NCBI GenBank assembly: GCA_001662655.1
Contig: KV460242.1
DNA from: Pseudogymnoascus verrucosus
Lineage: Eukaryota
Strand: one strand, 5' to 3'
Length of the DNA: 64,000 nucleotides
Positions within the stretch are counted from its first letter, which is position 1; each line of letters opens with the position of its first letter. The translations under genes and the position numbers were made by a program. Below the pieces are notes generated by a model that saw only the letters and a program-made list of their open reading frames with translations, had not been told where the DNA came from and ran no database searches. Shown here one piece after another: positions 1 through 13,347 of this stretch.

Positions 1-524
1 GGAGGAGATCTTGGTTCGATGTCAACAGGTCGCTGCAGTCATATCCGAATCCAAGTTTGAGTAACGCTCTGGGGCAGGAATCCTGACCGAGCTAGAGAAT
101 GTGTTCCCTGGCCTATTGTGTTGATCGGAGCTTCCGGAGTATGTTTTTTTCACCTGTTGTTTGGTATGGGCGTCCGCAGGAGGTGTCAGGTGTCCTTTAT
201 TCCGCGGTATTTGTCTGGTGCAATGCTGAAGTGCTCATACGTCCTCCTACTTGCATTACCGAGGCAGCATTTTGCTCCCTAACCAGGGCCTCTGGTAAAT
301 ATGAAACATGAATTGGAGTTGATAATCTTCTGTTTTTCTCATGTGTGAAGCTCTGACTGACATTTTGATGCCTTAATCACAAAGGGTTCAACAAAAGTGA
401 TCTAATCTGCAGAACCATAGCTTGATCACACCCCTTCTAGCTCCAACCCCCAGGTTAACGACCTCACCCTTTCTGCTTCAACCTCCAAAGCCCCTTCACA
501 TTTCCCAACGCCAAGCCCAAACCC

Positions 525-1043
525 CTATTCCTCCTCCCCCCTCCTCTCATACTCCCTCCAAACCCTCCACACCTCCTCCCCAACCTCCACCAGCGCCTTC
601 CCCTCCTTAATCACCACCTTCTTCTCCCCCTCCACCGTCCCCGGCCCAACCCTAAAAATATGCTCCAGCGCCGCACTAATCAAAAACCTCTTCTCATCCA
701 CCAATATCACCTCCCTATAATAATCCTGTTTCCACTTCGGCAACGTCGACGGCGCATCAAGGACCTCCTGTGGCGGCATGCCCGCTACGCCGTCCCAGGC
801 TGAGATGTCGAGGTTGGGATCGGAGGTCGAGAGGGGGGCGTGTATCTGTGTTTGGTTAGCGCGGTGTTGGGGTTGGGGGGGGGGGGAAGGGAAGCGCACT
901 TGTTCGTAGTGTTGGATTCCGGAGTGGAGGAAGAAGGGGATTACGAGGGGGGCGTGGACGTTGTACCAGTGGTGGGAGAATTCGGCGGGGGTGAGGGAGG
1001 GGTTGCGTTTGAGGAGGCCTTGGTCCATTTTCTTGATATCCAT
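525..1043 (-). CDS. EthD/Dabb-family protein, 2 exons (in-frame 54-bp intron 899..846)
   Basis: LLKRNPSLTPAEFSHHWYNVHAPL, WDGVA and DEKRF are EthD-like motifs. Intron GTGCGC...GCTAAC...CACAG read in the sequence. Confidence 0.8.
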   Translation of the reverse strand: MDIKKMDQGLLKRNPSLTPAEFSHHWYNVHAPLVIPFFLHSGIQHYEQVRFPSPPPQPQHRANQTQIHAPLSTSDPNLDISAWDGVAGMPPQEVLDAPSTLPKWKQDYYREVILVDEKRFLISAALEHIFRVGPGTVEGEKKVVIKEGKALVEVGEEVWRVWREYERRGEEE

Positions 1044-1706
1044 TGCGTTTGTGACTGAGGTAGTATATGATATATATTTTATTGCGGTTTTTGTTGGGAA
1101 TTATCTGAGAAAATATTTGGGATTTAAATTGTTAAATGGATTCTATATGTAGACCTTTATAATTAACTTTACCTGTATAGTTTATGGCTCTGATATCTCA
1201 AAATAACAGATATGCCAGTTCTAAGTGCTGACAAACGAATGCCTTCATGGCGCACTTGTGAGGCGGGATATCGGCAGCATCGGTAGTTGGAAAGGTTCCG
1301 CTACAACTACCAAACAAATATAAAGCGCCGAGAAAGCTAAACTTTAATGACACGTCTGAACAATAATTTACCCGCGAAAGAAGTACCCATGTGGCTATAT
1401 AGTAGCTTATATGATGCAATATTTCATGAGATATGATTATAATTACAAGACAGAATAAACAGTTTGATTCATGTATAAATAAGTCGTAATAAATTCGCCT
1501 TTCGAAGTGGCATTGATATTTATTCTATTTACCGAATCGCATATATTTCATAACATTGCCTTTGGCATTCATTTACTCACATGTCCACATAAAATCTTAA
1601 CTACCCCAAACTAGATCACGATCGAAATCGATGAGAAGAAGAACTCTCAAGCGCGCAGCTTAAGGCAGCAGCGCCATTCGGCCCCCCCCCTCGGCATCCT
1701 CAACAC

Positions 1707-3639
1707 CTACTTCTTGACCCTGCACAGCTTTCCGTTTCCGCTGGGCAGCCCATCCGCAGTGACGACCTGCCAGAACTCACTTCCGACAGCAGTCTGCGCG
1801 AAGAAGACATCCTTGGGATCGAGCTGCTTCTTGAGCTTCAGAAGGCGGGGATACGCCTTTCCGTAGAAGCTCTGCTGGAAGTTCGGCTCGAGGATGTCGC
1901 TCTCGGCGAGGTATGAACCCGCACCGGGCGACACGTCACGCCAGCGCTGCATGGCGCCGAAAGTGAAGTTCTGGCGCGTCTCTTTCTGGAACTCGGCGCT
2001 GGCACCAAGAGGCCAGGACACGGACTGGATCATGTGGGAGTAGGTGTTGCGCCAGGCGGAGTTGACGGCGTTGTCGGGTGGGGTGGCCTGGGCGGAGGGA
2101 TCGATGAGGAATGCGATGATAATGAGGCCAGCCTCGGAGGAGGTCTTGATGGCGTTGAACATGGCGTCCAGAGACTCCTTGTTGGCCCAGTTCTCCTTGG
2201 GCCAGAGGCGCGAACCGCTGGCGACGTGGGTCTTCTCAACGACCTCAAGGGGGAAGGAAGCCTCCCATCCAGTGAGGAAGTTATCGTAGTTAGTGGTCAC
2301 GGGCGTGACGTGGATGTTTAATGCGGCTAGCTGGGCCAACCAGGGCGCGAGGAGAGCGTTGGTTTCGTCGGCTGTCTTGCCTGGTGCCAAGAAAGGCATC
2401 ATCTTAAAGGTTGGGCCGGTCTCGCCGGCAAGAATGAACCAGTAAGCGTAGATACCCTCAGCGGCAAGGGAGGGGAAGTAATCCAAGTAGTTTCGGACGC
2501 CGATCCAGAAGTTCTCGAGCGTGACGTCGCCTCCAACGGCAAAGCTGAAGTTGGATGCTGTGACTTGCATGTCGGGGTACGCCTTGATGATGAGAGAGGT
2601 GACAACACCGAAGGTGCTGCCTCCACCACCACGGAGGGCCCAGAACAAATCAGTGTTCTGCGTGAAGTCGGCAGTGACGAATTTGCCATCTGCTGTGGTG
2701 ACCTCCATGGAGAGGACTTGATCAGCAGCAATGCCGTAGAGAGACGAGAGAGGTGAGTGACCACCGCCCTGCATGTAACCACCCATGATTCCAACAGTCT
2801 TACCCTCGCCGCCGAGAACCACCAATCCCTTCTTGTTTGCTGCCTCGTACATTTCAAAGGCTTGGGCACCGGCACCAGCCTTGAAGGCGGGGCCGGTGTA
2901 GGAGGTGCCAGGTGCGGAGTAGCTGGGAATGTGCTTAATATTCTTCAAGTTGTGAGTCCAGATGCTGAGGGACCCAGCACCACCCGACTTTCCAGAGAAA
3001 TCATGGCCAGTGTTCTTAACAACGAGACGGATGTTGTTGTTTCTCGCGAAGTTGATTGTCAGTTGGACCTGGGCAACCGTCGAGATATTGACGGCGTAGT
3101 AGGGCAGGGCACCCAAAGTGCAAGACTGAGTAGGGTCCTCAGTTACTTGACAGGTTAAACCCTGGTACACTGGCGACATCATGGAGGTAGGATCCGCCAT
3201 ACTAATGAGAGTCAGCGAGGCCCTGTGATATCATCACGTGATATAATTACTGGAGGAAGGAGTTTGTCCAGTTGGCAGTCAACGCGTCACACTTGGCAGC
3301 ATCGTATAGCGGGCCATTGTAGCAAGGAGAGGCCAGAGGGACGGTCTTGATCAAAGCACCAGGCCCAACGGCCTTACCAAACTTTGCCCACGCGGCATCA
3401 GACGGCCACGCGCTGTCTCCTGGGAAGACCTTGCAGTCGGCACCAGCTCCACGGCCATTGAGCTTCACGTCATCGCCATTATCGAACTGGAAAACATCGT
3501 CCAACTTAGAGAGGATGTCTTCTGTCAATTGAGCCTTCTCGAAGTCGAAGAGCTTCGCGCCGTTGGCAGTGACGGGTCCCTGTGGATACGCGGCGGCAGA
3601 ACCGACGATGCCGGCGAGGAGTAAGACACGGCGCATCAT
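1707..3639 (-). CDS. Secreted FAD-linked oxidoreductase (VAO/berberine bridge enzyme family), 2 exons (intron 3250..3202)
   Basis: Signal peptide MMRRVLLLAGIVGSAAA; CKVFPGDSAWP; KNTGHDFSGKS FAD-attachment His motif; GGGHSPLS; DLFWALRGGGG; C-terminal BBE segment FYGKAYPRLLKLKKQLDP. Confidence 0.93.
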
Positions 3640-4733
3640 ATTCCCGCGTGGCAGCAAGGGATATTACGGTTCGGGAAGGAGGATATTCAGCTCCGATGGG
3701 CGAAAGGAGAGCGTCTCCGAGGGCTGGGCACTCAATGAGGAAATGAGGAGCGGAGGAGCGTGAGTTGTGCCGCACACGAAACGTGGTTGGAAAAGGAGGA
3801 GGAACGCATTGTTTAAGACATATAAGACATCTTAATCTGGTCCTGCACAGGCAGACGAAAGAGGAGTTAGTAAGGGAGTAGTAAGGCACATCTCTCAAAT
3901 TGGCGGGCAATGATCAGTGGGTCGTAGTGGTGACGATATGGTGCTGCTATGGTGCTGATGTGGTACTTACCATACAGTGTAATACTCTAGCAAGGTGCTG
4001 GCAGCGCTGGCGTAGTGATGTGCAATGATGCTGTACTGATCCTGTTAGGAGAACATCATGCTATGTGGGCCGGGATGTCAATGCGTACCTGCACGAACAT
4101 ACAGCGGCAGCTGCGATTGAAGGGATATTTGAAAGGATGCGGCCTTGACCCTGTTTGTGCCTGCCACGACCTTGCCTCGATCCTTCCACGCCGACGCTTT
4201 GATGTCCAATGATGTGTCGTACTATGCTCGTACTATGATTTAACGTGCGGGAGAAGATGCCAGGATCGGCCAACGAGGCTGGCATTGGCTGACATTTGGC
4301 TGGGCATGGCCGGAACGAACTGTCTGGCACTGGCTGAGAATGATTTGAGTATGGCTGACAATGTCCGAAAATATGTGGGTGACATTGGCCGGCAATGGCT
4401 GGGAATCCCTGGCGATAGCGGGCAATGGGTTGGGTCCCGATGGCCGATCCACCCCCGAACCGGCATTTTGTTCACGCCGAGCCACCATTCCGAGAACCTG
4501 GGAAAGGAAGGGATATGCATGTTGCAGAATTTCTTTGATCTCATAGCGTAATCTTCCACCTGCATGATCCCCGAGCGATCTCCAAGCGACGCGGGCTTTG
4601 ATTTTTGGCTTTTAAGATGTCCATCGCCGCCGCCGCCGGCGCCCTCACGCTGCCCCATCGCTCTCCATGATCCGCTACATGGCACAGTCGATTGCCAACG
4701 TCGATTTATGCACTGTGTTGATACCTCGTGAGC

Positions 4734-6281
4734 ATGGTTGATACGCTGCAGCCGGCCGCGTTGGCCATAATAGGGGTTTCGTTGTTCCTCAGTACAGTCT
4801 TTTTTGCTCTACGCATCGGCGCGAGAATCTTACAAGTGAAGACGGAGAGGCATTACGACAAATTAATAAAGTGGAGTAAGTCATTCTCATCTGAAGTTTG
4901 GATGTGCTGGAGTCACGATTTACGATCTTCATCGTGTGCCTTCACTCCGTTGGGGCCGGGCAGCTTGTGCTATCCCGTGCCGTGTGATATACCGATCAAC
5001 AACAATGAGTCTCACTCGTGCCGCGCTGTGCTTTGGAAATACTATTCCAACCCTTCCTGTATGGAGAGCTGACGAACTATAGGTGATGGCTTCCTCCTCG
5101 CCGCCTATGTAAGCTGTCTGCGCGAGCCTAGAAATAACATAGATCCTAATCAAGCCAGGTTCTCGTCGCCGCCGAATCATGTGTTATTATAAGATGTATT
5201 ACAACACCACACCCCATCGCTCACCACGAGACATACTGACCATCACCAGATACCCTCTACACCTGGCAGGGTTACCACAAAGCGGACATCCCGCATCTTA
5301 GCATCGAGCAAAAAGTCACAGGCGGGAAGTACAACATCGCGAACCAGCTGCTCTACAACCCGATCCTCTCCCTCGTCAAGGCCTCCGTGATCTTCTTCCT
5401 TCTCCGAATCGGCAACACGCACCGCATCGCGCGGATCTCTCTGTGGGTTGCACTCGCCCTAAACCTCGCTCTCGCAATCGCCATCGTCTTCGCCTGTGCC
5501 TTCCAATGCACCCCAGCGCGTTATGTCTACGCCGCGGCCCAGATGGACTACGATGCTCAGATAGCAGCTGGCGCGGATAGCGACGGCAAGGTCAATGGCG
5601 AGGTGGTAAAAGGAGGGCACTGCTTTCATCAGGTCCAATTCTTCCTTATTAGCGCAGGACTTGCCGTCCTGACCGACCTGATTGTGCTAGCTATCCCGAC
5701 GGTCATCGTCTGGGACCTGAAGATGTCACGGAGGAGGAAGCTTGTTGCTATTGGCATGCTAAGCGCTGGCGCTATGTAAGACCGCATCCCAACCTCTAAT
5801 TACAAACAGCTCCGCTAACCTACCTAGTGTAACTGCCGTATCCATCGCCCGCATCGTCGTCTACAACTGGCGCTTCTCCCCGAATAACCACGACCAGACC
5901 TACGGTGTCGGCTACACCATCTCCTCGATCGAAGCCAATCTCGCCGTAGTAACCGGCAGCATCCCCGCCCTGAAACCCCTCGTCACCCGCTTCGTCCCGC
6001 GCTTCTTCTCCAACGACAAGGACTACAGCGATCGGCCGTCGGGCTACCCGCGTGGACACAGGAGTAAGAGTGGACCGAAGAGCGACAAGGACCATCATGC
6101 CCTCGACACATTCGGCGCGCAGGTTGGCGGCTGGAAGGGGTCGGGGCGGCGGACTGAGGCGTGGTCGAGCGATGAGCATATTCTCACGCGGCCGGAGGAG
6201 ATTAGGAGGAATGTGGAGGTGGATATTACATTCAGCGAGGCGACTTCCGATGACGGGAAGGGGCCACAGAGTCTACGATAG
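4734..6281 (+). CDS. PTH11-like (rhodopsin-domain) integral membrane protein, multi-exon
   Basis: First TM segment ending [61 protein letters not shown]. Introns seen (e.g. GTAAGT at 4876, GTAAGA at 5776). Stop TAG 6279-6281. Confidence 0.82.
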
Positions 6282-7580
6282 GGCAGGCTCTAGAGATGGG
6301 TTGAATGAGGTTTAAAAAGACCCCTTTGAGCTTTGAGGGTGGCGCTTGGTAAGGGGATGGAACAGATATACCCTATGGCGCTGATGCTGGCGTTTCCATC
6401 GATATACATCTTATCGAACTTACACATGTTTTTCGGACGTAATGGGACTGGCTCTTAGTATTGGAGTTTTGGAATGAGTTCAGCGACCCCCCTATACCCA
6501 CCCATTGGAACTTGTCCAGCCAAGTTCTGGGGCGCAAGAGGTGCTAGGGGAAGTGCAGCACACAGGATGTGCAATCAGCACAGAGGAGGACGACGATACC
6601 CGTGCGACCCAAAGCCCATGAGGATGGCTTGAAACCCCATCTCTCCATACATATTTACGCGGCAACTACGACCAAATAGAAGCATTTAATTACCTATAAC
6701 TATAATAATAACCATTTCAGACCATTTTCGACAAGCTACTCACTCTAAAATGATTCAAATACGTTCTATCAGCTCAAGTTGCAGTTCTCAAATCCCCAGC
6801 TATCCACTGCACTTCAATCCCCATAGTCTTAGGCGCCACCCGTACATCCCGCCCCCTAAAACAATAGCTGCGGCATTTGCTTTGAAGCCATCGTATCCCG
6901 CGGCACTTGTATACGAGCCTGTGGTGGGGATCCCGGCGGCCCCGAGTCTGAGCGCAATAACGCCAAGGGAGGGCCTGCCAGGGAAGTTGCCCGCGTCCTG
7001 GTACTTGGCAGTCTGGGGTACGCCCCATTTCATTGTCGGGCCTATTCTGAGACAGGAACGCCCATGTTTGGTACTGGAGGGAAGCGATCGATTCGTCGTC
7101 CTTATTTGAGTTTTGGGGTAAACTCCGCTGGGATCGGAGGCTTCGGAGGGCCTGGAATGTGTCACTCGGAGCGCACGGTGATCTGCAGATCGTAATTTTT
7201 GCGAATAGTTGCTGTTGAGGCCGCCAGAGATGACGGACCTTGGCAGAGATCTCACGGAGATCTAGGGGCGGGTGTGGGCTGTGGGGGAAATTGGCAGTAT
7301 GGGGCGATACGGATACAACCGCTTTCCGTCAGACGGCGTCGATGAGGTCCCTCCCAAGCAAATTCGATGAAGCTATATTCTACACAGGAGGCTCTTCTCG
7401 GCGTACATTCTGCATTCGAACTCTGACGGCTACAGATCTGCCGAAGCGACAGGGGGCATTGTAATTTACGTACGGTCAACGACATCACCAGCTACGAGTG
7501 TAAGCTCACAACGAAGTTACAGATATTCAGGATATATAGATTTAATATTACTATCCTCTCCGTCCCACAATTCGCTATAT

Positions 7581-10367
7581 TCACCTCTTCTTGTTCTTCC
7601 CGCTCGGCCGAGCGTTCTTCTCCTTCTTTCGCTGCTCCAACTGTCGCTGCTTTCTGATATCCTCCGTGCTCTTGATCTCCCCCTTGCCACCGCCATCTCT
7701 GAATCTCCCAACCCGCTTCTCCTTGGCTTCATCAACCCTCTTCTTTCTAACATGGTAATCATCACGGTATTTATCTGCCTCCTTCGGTGCCCTCTCTTGC
7801 TTATGCTTGTACCTCGTCCCCATGCCTCTTCCAACTGAAGCACCCACTCCACCAGCCCGCTCAGCCTCACCAGTCCTCGGTAGGCGCTCCACCTTGTGCG
7901 CTTTGCGCCACCTGTCGAAACGTCCTGACTGGAACGACGCCGCGATCTTCTGTCCCGACTCTCCGCGGATCATCTTCGCGCCCTTGGATCCATCCTCGTC
8001 GTTAGCACGTGCAACGTACTTGCTGTTCTTTTTGTCCCATCTCATTCCCTTTGCCTGACTGGGCTCTGCGAAGCTCTTCGCACCATCATCGTTCGTGAGG
8101 TCCATAGTCACACCGCGAGCTGCCTCCACGAAATTGGAGTTTTGGCTTGCAGTGTTGTAGGAGCCTGAGTGGACACCGTAACCGCGTTCCTCAGCTGCGT
8201 TTAGGTTCTTGGGCGTGTAGGACATGAAGTTCTCCGAGTCCTTGTAGGAAAGGGTGCGGCCCTTGCCCTTCTGCGCGGACTTGGAGAAGGTGATTTCTAG
8301 CTCGTCCTCTGAGGCTTCGGCCATGTCGACGTCGTTGCCGCCCGAGATGGTAACCTCCATGTCTGAATCATCGTCGTCGTCATCAACTGGCGCGGCCGTA
8401 GAAATGCCTTGGAACGTGTCGTCATCGTCGGTGAGCTCTCCGGCCTCAGCCTTGGCGTCATCGATGGCCTTCTGGCGACGAGGAATGATTTTCTGTCTTC
8501 GAGCACGCATAACCTCTGCAGCTTCACCGTGTCCGGCCTTGCCCTTGTAGCCAACTTCGAAGACGGTTTCAGTAGGGCGGAAACCGGCGATGCGGGCCAG
8601 CATGTCGATGCGTGCCTGCTCATTGCTGTTCGTCTCGGTGTTGAACAGCGGGTGGAGTTGTATCCATTGTGCGGATGCAACCGACTCCTTTGCTCGCTTT
8701 GCACTCTCGCTTGAAGCAGAGTTACGAGTCTTGAGATACAGACGCTCACCCTTGACGGAGACACCGCGGAGGGCAGCGAGATCATCATCGTCACGGAGAA
8801 GCTTGTTGATCCATTCTTGGTTTGTTTCAAGCTTGTCGCGTACTACCGATCCGACAACGACATCTTCAGCGTAGTTTGGAGAGTCTCCACTCTCACGTCC
8901 GAGAAGTAAGCGCCGTCCAAGGAAAAGCTGCAAATCCAGTAGATAGGGTGCATCTGTCTCCTTAACGAGACTGTAACTCCAACCGCGCTGGCCAGCTCTG
9001 GCAGTTCTACCAACACGATGGACGAAAATTTTAGGTTGTGGAGGGAAGTCGTAGTTGACCACATTTGCCAGCACAGGAATATCGATACCTCTGGCAGCGA
9101 CATCCGTGACGACCAAGATGTTGGTCATGCCAGTTCTGAAGTCCTCAACTTGCATCTTTCTAGCCGTTTGGTCCAGAGAACCATATGCGTGAGACACAGC
9201 GAAACCAGACAGACGTAGCAGGGATGCAAGGTAATCGACGTGATGCTTTGTGGCCGCGAATACAATCGTAGAGTGTTCTGTTGGCTTGTGCTTTGGGCCT
9301 CGTCCATCATCACCACGCTTCCTCTTCTTGCTTGCCTCTGCAGCCGCAACTGCGGCTGGGGGTGGCCCAGTTGGCATCTTAATAAGATCATGAAGAATGT
9401 GGAGGAGCGCGCCCTCTTTCTCTTCGCTCTTGATAGTGAAGAAGGCACTCTGGAGATCTGGCGAGATCTTACTCTCGGCGTCTAAACGCACGAGGGAAGG
9501 CTCTTCCAGACCAGCTCTTGCGAACTCAACCAGCGATTTCGGTAGCGTAGCAGAGAAGAGCAGCGTTTGCCTTGATGACGGCAATGCGTACAAAATTTCC
9601 GTAAGCTGAGCGGCGAAACCCATTTCGAAGAGGCGATCTGCCTCATCAAACACGACGTACTTCATAGACGACAGATCCAATCCCATTTCGACCTTAAGAT
9701 GGAGGAATCGACCAGGTGTAGCAATGACAATATCCGGATTGGATGCCATGAATCCAAACTGCTCCTCGAGACTGTCTCCACCCACCAGTAACACACACTT
9801 CAAGTCTGTGCCACGGCCAAATTGCTTGACAACCTGCAGAGTCTGCAGTGCCAACTCACGAGACGGAGATAGAATCAGCGCTCTCGCTCCAACCTTCGCG
9901 CTATGTGCCTTTAGTTTTTCGATCATGGGGATGACGAATGCCGCCGTCTTTCCGGAACCAGTCCTAGCCATACCGACAACATCCTGGCTATCGAGAATAA
10001 GAGGAATGGCCTTGCGCTGAATGGGTGTTGGCACAGAGAATCCTTTCCGTCCAATAGCTTTGAGCAGATGCGAATTGAGTCCCATAGCCTGGAAGCCACC
10101 GCCCTTCTTAACACTCTTGCCTTTAACATTCGAAGACTTTCGGTTCGAAGCTGCCAACTCGGAAGCAATAAATGCTTCGTCGCCTTCGCCGTCGCTCTCT
10201 AGAGCCATATCTAGGACTCCATCCATGGGTATATCAGTTTTTTCTCCCGCGACGCCGAAGTTATCGTCGTCGGACTCGACATCCTCATTGAAGAGGGATT
10301 TCGTAATATCGAACTCATTTTCTGACATCGCAGGCGATGCCGCCCGGCGATTGTTTCTGGGAACCAT
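7581..10367 (-). CDS. DBP10: ATP-dependent DEAD-box RNA helicase Dbp10 (60S biogenesis)
   Basis: [40 protein letters not shown], and the DBP10 C-terminal motifs MRWDKK and [10 protein letters not shown]. Confidence 0.97.
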   Translation of the reverse strand: MVPRNNRRAASPAMSENEFDITKSLFNEDVESDDDNFGVAGEKTDIPMDGVLDMALESDGEGDEAFIASELAASNRKSSNVKGKSVKKGGGFQAMGLNSHLLKAIGRKGFSVPTPIQRKAIPLILDSQDVVGMARTGSGKTAAFVIPMIEKLKAHSAKVGARALILSPSRELALQTLQVVKQFGRGTDLKCVLLVGGDSLEEQFGFMASNPDIVIATPGRFLHLKVEMGLDLSSMKYVVFDEADRLFEMGFAAQLTEILYALPSSRQTLLFSATLPKSLVEFARAGLEEPSLVRLDAESKISPDLQSAFFTIKSEEKEGALLHILHDLIKMPTGPPPAAVAAAEASKKRKRGDDGRGPKHKPTEHSTIVFAATKHHVDYLASLLRLSGFAVSHAYGSLDQTARKMQVEDFRTGMTNILVVTDVAARGIDIPVLANVVNYDFPPQPKIFVHRVGRTARAGQRGWSYSLVKETDAPYLLDLQLFLGRRLLLGRESGDSPNYAEDVVVGSVVRDKLETNQEWINKLLRDDDDLAALRGVSVKGERLYLKTRNSASSESAKRAKESVASAQWIQLHPLFNTETNSNEQARIDMLARIAGFRPTETVFEVGYKGKAGHGEAAEVMRARRQKIIPRRQKAIDDAKAEAGELTDDDDTFQGISTAAPVDDDDDDSDMEVTISGGNDVDMAEASEDELEITFSKSAQKGKGRTLSYKDSENFMSYTPKNLNAAEERGYGVHSGSYNTASQNSNFVEAARGVTMDLTNDDGAKSFAEPSQAKGMRWDKKNSKYVARANDEDGSKGAKMIRGESGQKIAASFQSGRFDRWRKAHKVERLPRTGEAERAGGVGASVGRGMGTRYKHKQERAPKEADKYRDDYHVRKKRVDEAKEKRVGRFRDGGGKGEIKSTEDIRKQRQLEQRKKEKNARPSGKNKKR

Positions 10368-10571
10368 TCTCCGTTGCGTATTGTTTGCGGAGTGGTGGAG
10401 GGCTTATCGAAGCTTCAGATTCTCAGAGATGGGAACTTTTGACATGGGACCCACCAAATTAATTTCTCACCGCCTCTGGCAGAACCTTGTGCTAGCGCCA
10501 AATCCCATCGAAAAGATTATTCGAGGCTGCACTGAAAACCGCAACATCGCATCCGGCTTTGCGAAATAAAG
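10368..10571. promoter_or_regulatory. Putative bidirectional promoter shared by DBP10 and DBP4
   Basis: Only 204 bp separate the two divergent start codons. Confidence 0.65.
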
Positions 10572-13036
10572 ATGGCGCCTCCAAATGGTCGTAAAACGGC
10601 TGGCAAATTTGCGAAGCCAAAGAATGATGCTCGTTCGCTAAAGAGGAAAAGGGTTGTGGATGACCACGAGCGATTAGAGAAGGAGATCAAAGAACTGGTA
10701 CATCCCCATCACTCGCATTGGGAGGCAGGAACAGTGCTAATCGCAATCTACAGGATCCCAAAGTCGCAGACATTAAGGACTTCCAACACCTTCCCTTATC
10801 GGAGCCTACCTCCAAAGGCCTCGATGCTTCGCATTTCAAAACCTTGACCGATATTCAATCGAAAGCGATACCGCTCGCCCTCAAAGGCAAAGACATACTT
10901 GGTGCTGCAAAGACAGGCAGTGGTAAAACTCTGGCCTTCCTTGTCCCTGTTCTTGAGAACCTATATCGCCAAAAATGGACCGAGTTGGATGGGCTAGGTG
11001 CCCTAATTATCTCGCCGACGCGAGAGCTGGCCATCCAGATCTTCGAGGTACTGAGGAAAATCGGGAGGTACCACTCGTTCTCGGCCGGCCTGGTTATTGG
11101 TGGTAGGAGTCTACAGGAGGAGCGTGAAAGGTTGGGCAGGATGAACATCTTGGTCTGCACGCCTGGTCGAATGCTGCAGCACATGGACCAAACGGCCGCG
11201 TTTGAAGTCGACAATCTGCAAATGCTGGTACTGGACGAGGCAGACAGGATCTTGGACATGGGTTTCCAAACCTCCGTGGATGCTATCCTGGACCATCTAC
11301 CCAAAGACAGGCAAACGATGCTATTCAGTGCGACGCAGACAAAGAAGGTGTCCGATTTGGCAAGACTGAGCTTGAAAGAGCCGGAGTATGTGGCGGTGCA
11401 TGAAGCTGCTACAAGCGCCACGCCTACGACATTGCAACAGCACTACATTGTCGTACCTCTGGCAGAGAAGCTGAACACCCTGTACAGTTTCATACGGGCG
11501 AACTTAAAGGCGAAGATAGTTGTTTTCATGTCATCTGGAAAGCAAGTACGATTTGTCTACGAAAGTTTCAGACACATTCAACCCGGTATTCCACTGCTTC
11601 ATCTTCACGGACGACAAAAACAAACGGCAAGGCTAGATATCACATCGAAGTTCTCGTCTTCTCAAAATTCTTGCTTGTTCGCAACGGATGTTGTAGCTCG
11701 TGGTCTTGATTTCCCAGCCGTGGATTGGGTTATTCAAATGGATTGCCCTGAAGATGCCGACACATATATCCACCGTGTTGGCCGAACAGCCAGGTATGAA
11801 AGAGCAGGTAGAGGTGTTATGTTTTTGGACCCAACCGAGGAGGAGGGCATGCTTGCGCGGTTAAAACACAAGAAGGTCCCGATCGAGAAGATCAAGGTCC
11901 GAACAAACAAACAGCAAAGTGTTCAGAAGCAGCTACAAGTTATGTGCTTTCAAGATCCAGAGCTCAAGTACCTCGGGCAGAAGGCATTTGTCAGTTACAC
12001 TCGATCCGTATACCTACAGAAAGACAAGGAGATCTTTAAGATCGACGAAATTGACCTCGAGGGATTTGCCTCTAGCATGGGTCTACCGGGTGCACCCAAA
12101 ATCAAGTTCCAGAAAGGTAACGATGCGAAGAAGCTCAAGAATGCGCCTAGAGCTACCCTGGAATCAAGCGACGAGGAGAGTGGTTCTGAGGCTGGTGGGA
12201 AGAAGGCCAAGAAGGAGGTACGCACCAAGTACGACAGAATGTTCGAGATGCAGAACCAGAATGTTCTTTCGGGTCATTACACGAAGATGATCGCAGAGGA
12301 CGAGGAGAGTGCCGATGGTGAGGCGAATGTTGGCTCTGATGAGGATGGCGACTTCATGTCCGTCAAGAGGCTCATCCCAGTCGACAGCGAATTACCTGAG
12401 GACATGGAGGAAGTTGCATCTGCTGGTCCTCAGCCAAAGATTGTCAAGGGAGCGAACGATACGGAGCTTGTCATCGACTCGAAGAGACGCGAGAAGATGC
12501 TCAAGTCTAAGAAGAAGATGTTAAAGCTGAAGGGCCACGGAACCAAGACCGTGTACGACTCTGATGGCAACGCCCACGACATTTATGAGCTTGAGGATGA
12601 GGATGACTTCAAGGCTAGAGGAACTGCCGAGGCACAGCGCGCTAGGTTTGTCGAGGAGGAGGCATCGAAGGTCAAGCAGGCAGATATTGAAGATAAGCAG
12701 CTGGCTAAGGATAAGAGGAGGGAGAAGAAGGACAAGAGGAAGGCGAGAGAGAGGGGTGATATGGATGAAGACGATGAAGCGCCAGCGCTACATGATGCCG
12801 GCAGCGACGCGGAAGATCCACTGGAATTCCTCAAGTCATTGCCAATGGGTGATGAGAGTGAAGCAGAAGAAGATGAGCGACCACAGAAGAGAGCCAAGAA
12901 GTGGTTTGAGAATGATTCGGAGGATGAGTCCAAGGCGGCCGCCACGAAGAAATCTCGTCGCCACATCATCGAGGCGGCAGACGAGCCAGAGACACTCGAA
13001 GACCTCGAAGCTCTCGCATCCGGATTACTGGGATAG
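10572..13036 (+). CDS. DBP4: ATP-dependent DEAD-box RNA helicase Dbp4/Hca4 (18S rRNA processing), intron 10698..10753
   Basis: [45 protein letters not shown] and RTKYDRM. The 56-bp GTACAT...CTAAT...CAG intron joins the 10572 ORF to the 10718 ORF in frame. Confidence 0.97.
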
Positions 13037-13347
13037 CTTTTGTTGTAGAGTTCATAAAGTAGTTAGAGCCTCAAAATTATTATACCCCATTTCAGAAATC
13101 CAGTCCACTTTTTTCACCCACAGCTACTCAGTACTACCCCTCACTCTGTACCTCGCTTACCCCTACTGTTCAACGCCGACACGCCGACCGGACCGACGCT
13201 AGTCCCCACCCCGCCACATGCACCCCCGGCTGTGAATAATAACCCACCTCGGAACGCCGATTCACTCACTTTCCAGCCGCATCCATCGCTTCCTCTTGAA
13301 TTGACCAGATCGCACATGGACAGCACCACACTCCGCTGACATCCGCG

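Noticed and set aside
872..890. Poly-G run as a G-quadruplex element
   Set aside because: It is the C-rich tract of a 54-bp intron on the coding strand, with no other support.
6750..7488. Short ORFs between the PTH11-like gene and DBP10
   Set aside because: No recognisable domain or splice structure. Overlapping ORFs on both strands are consistent with chance.
7517..13202. Many antisense and alternate-frame ORFs over DBP10/DBP4, and similarly over other GC-rich genes
   Set aside because: These are shadow ORFs expected from codon bias.
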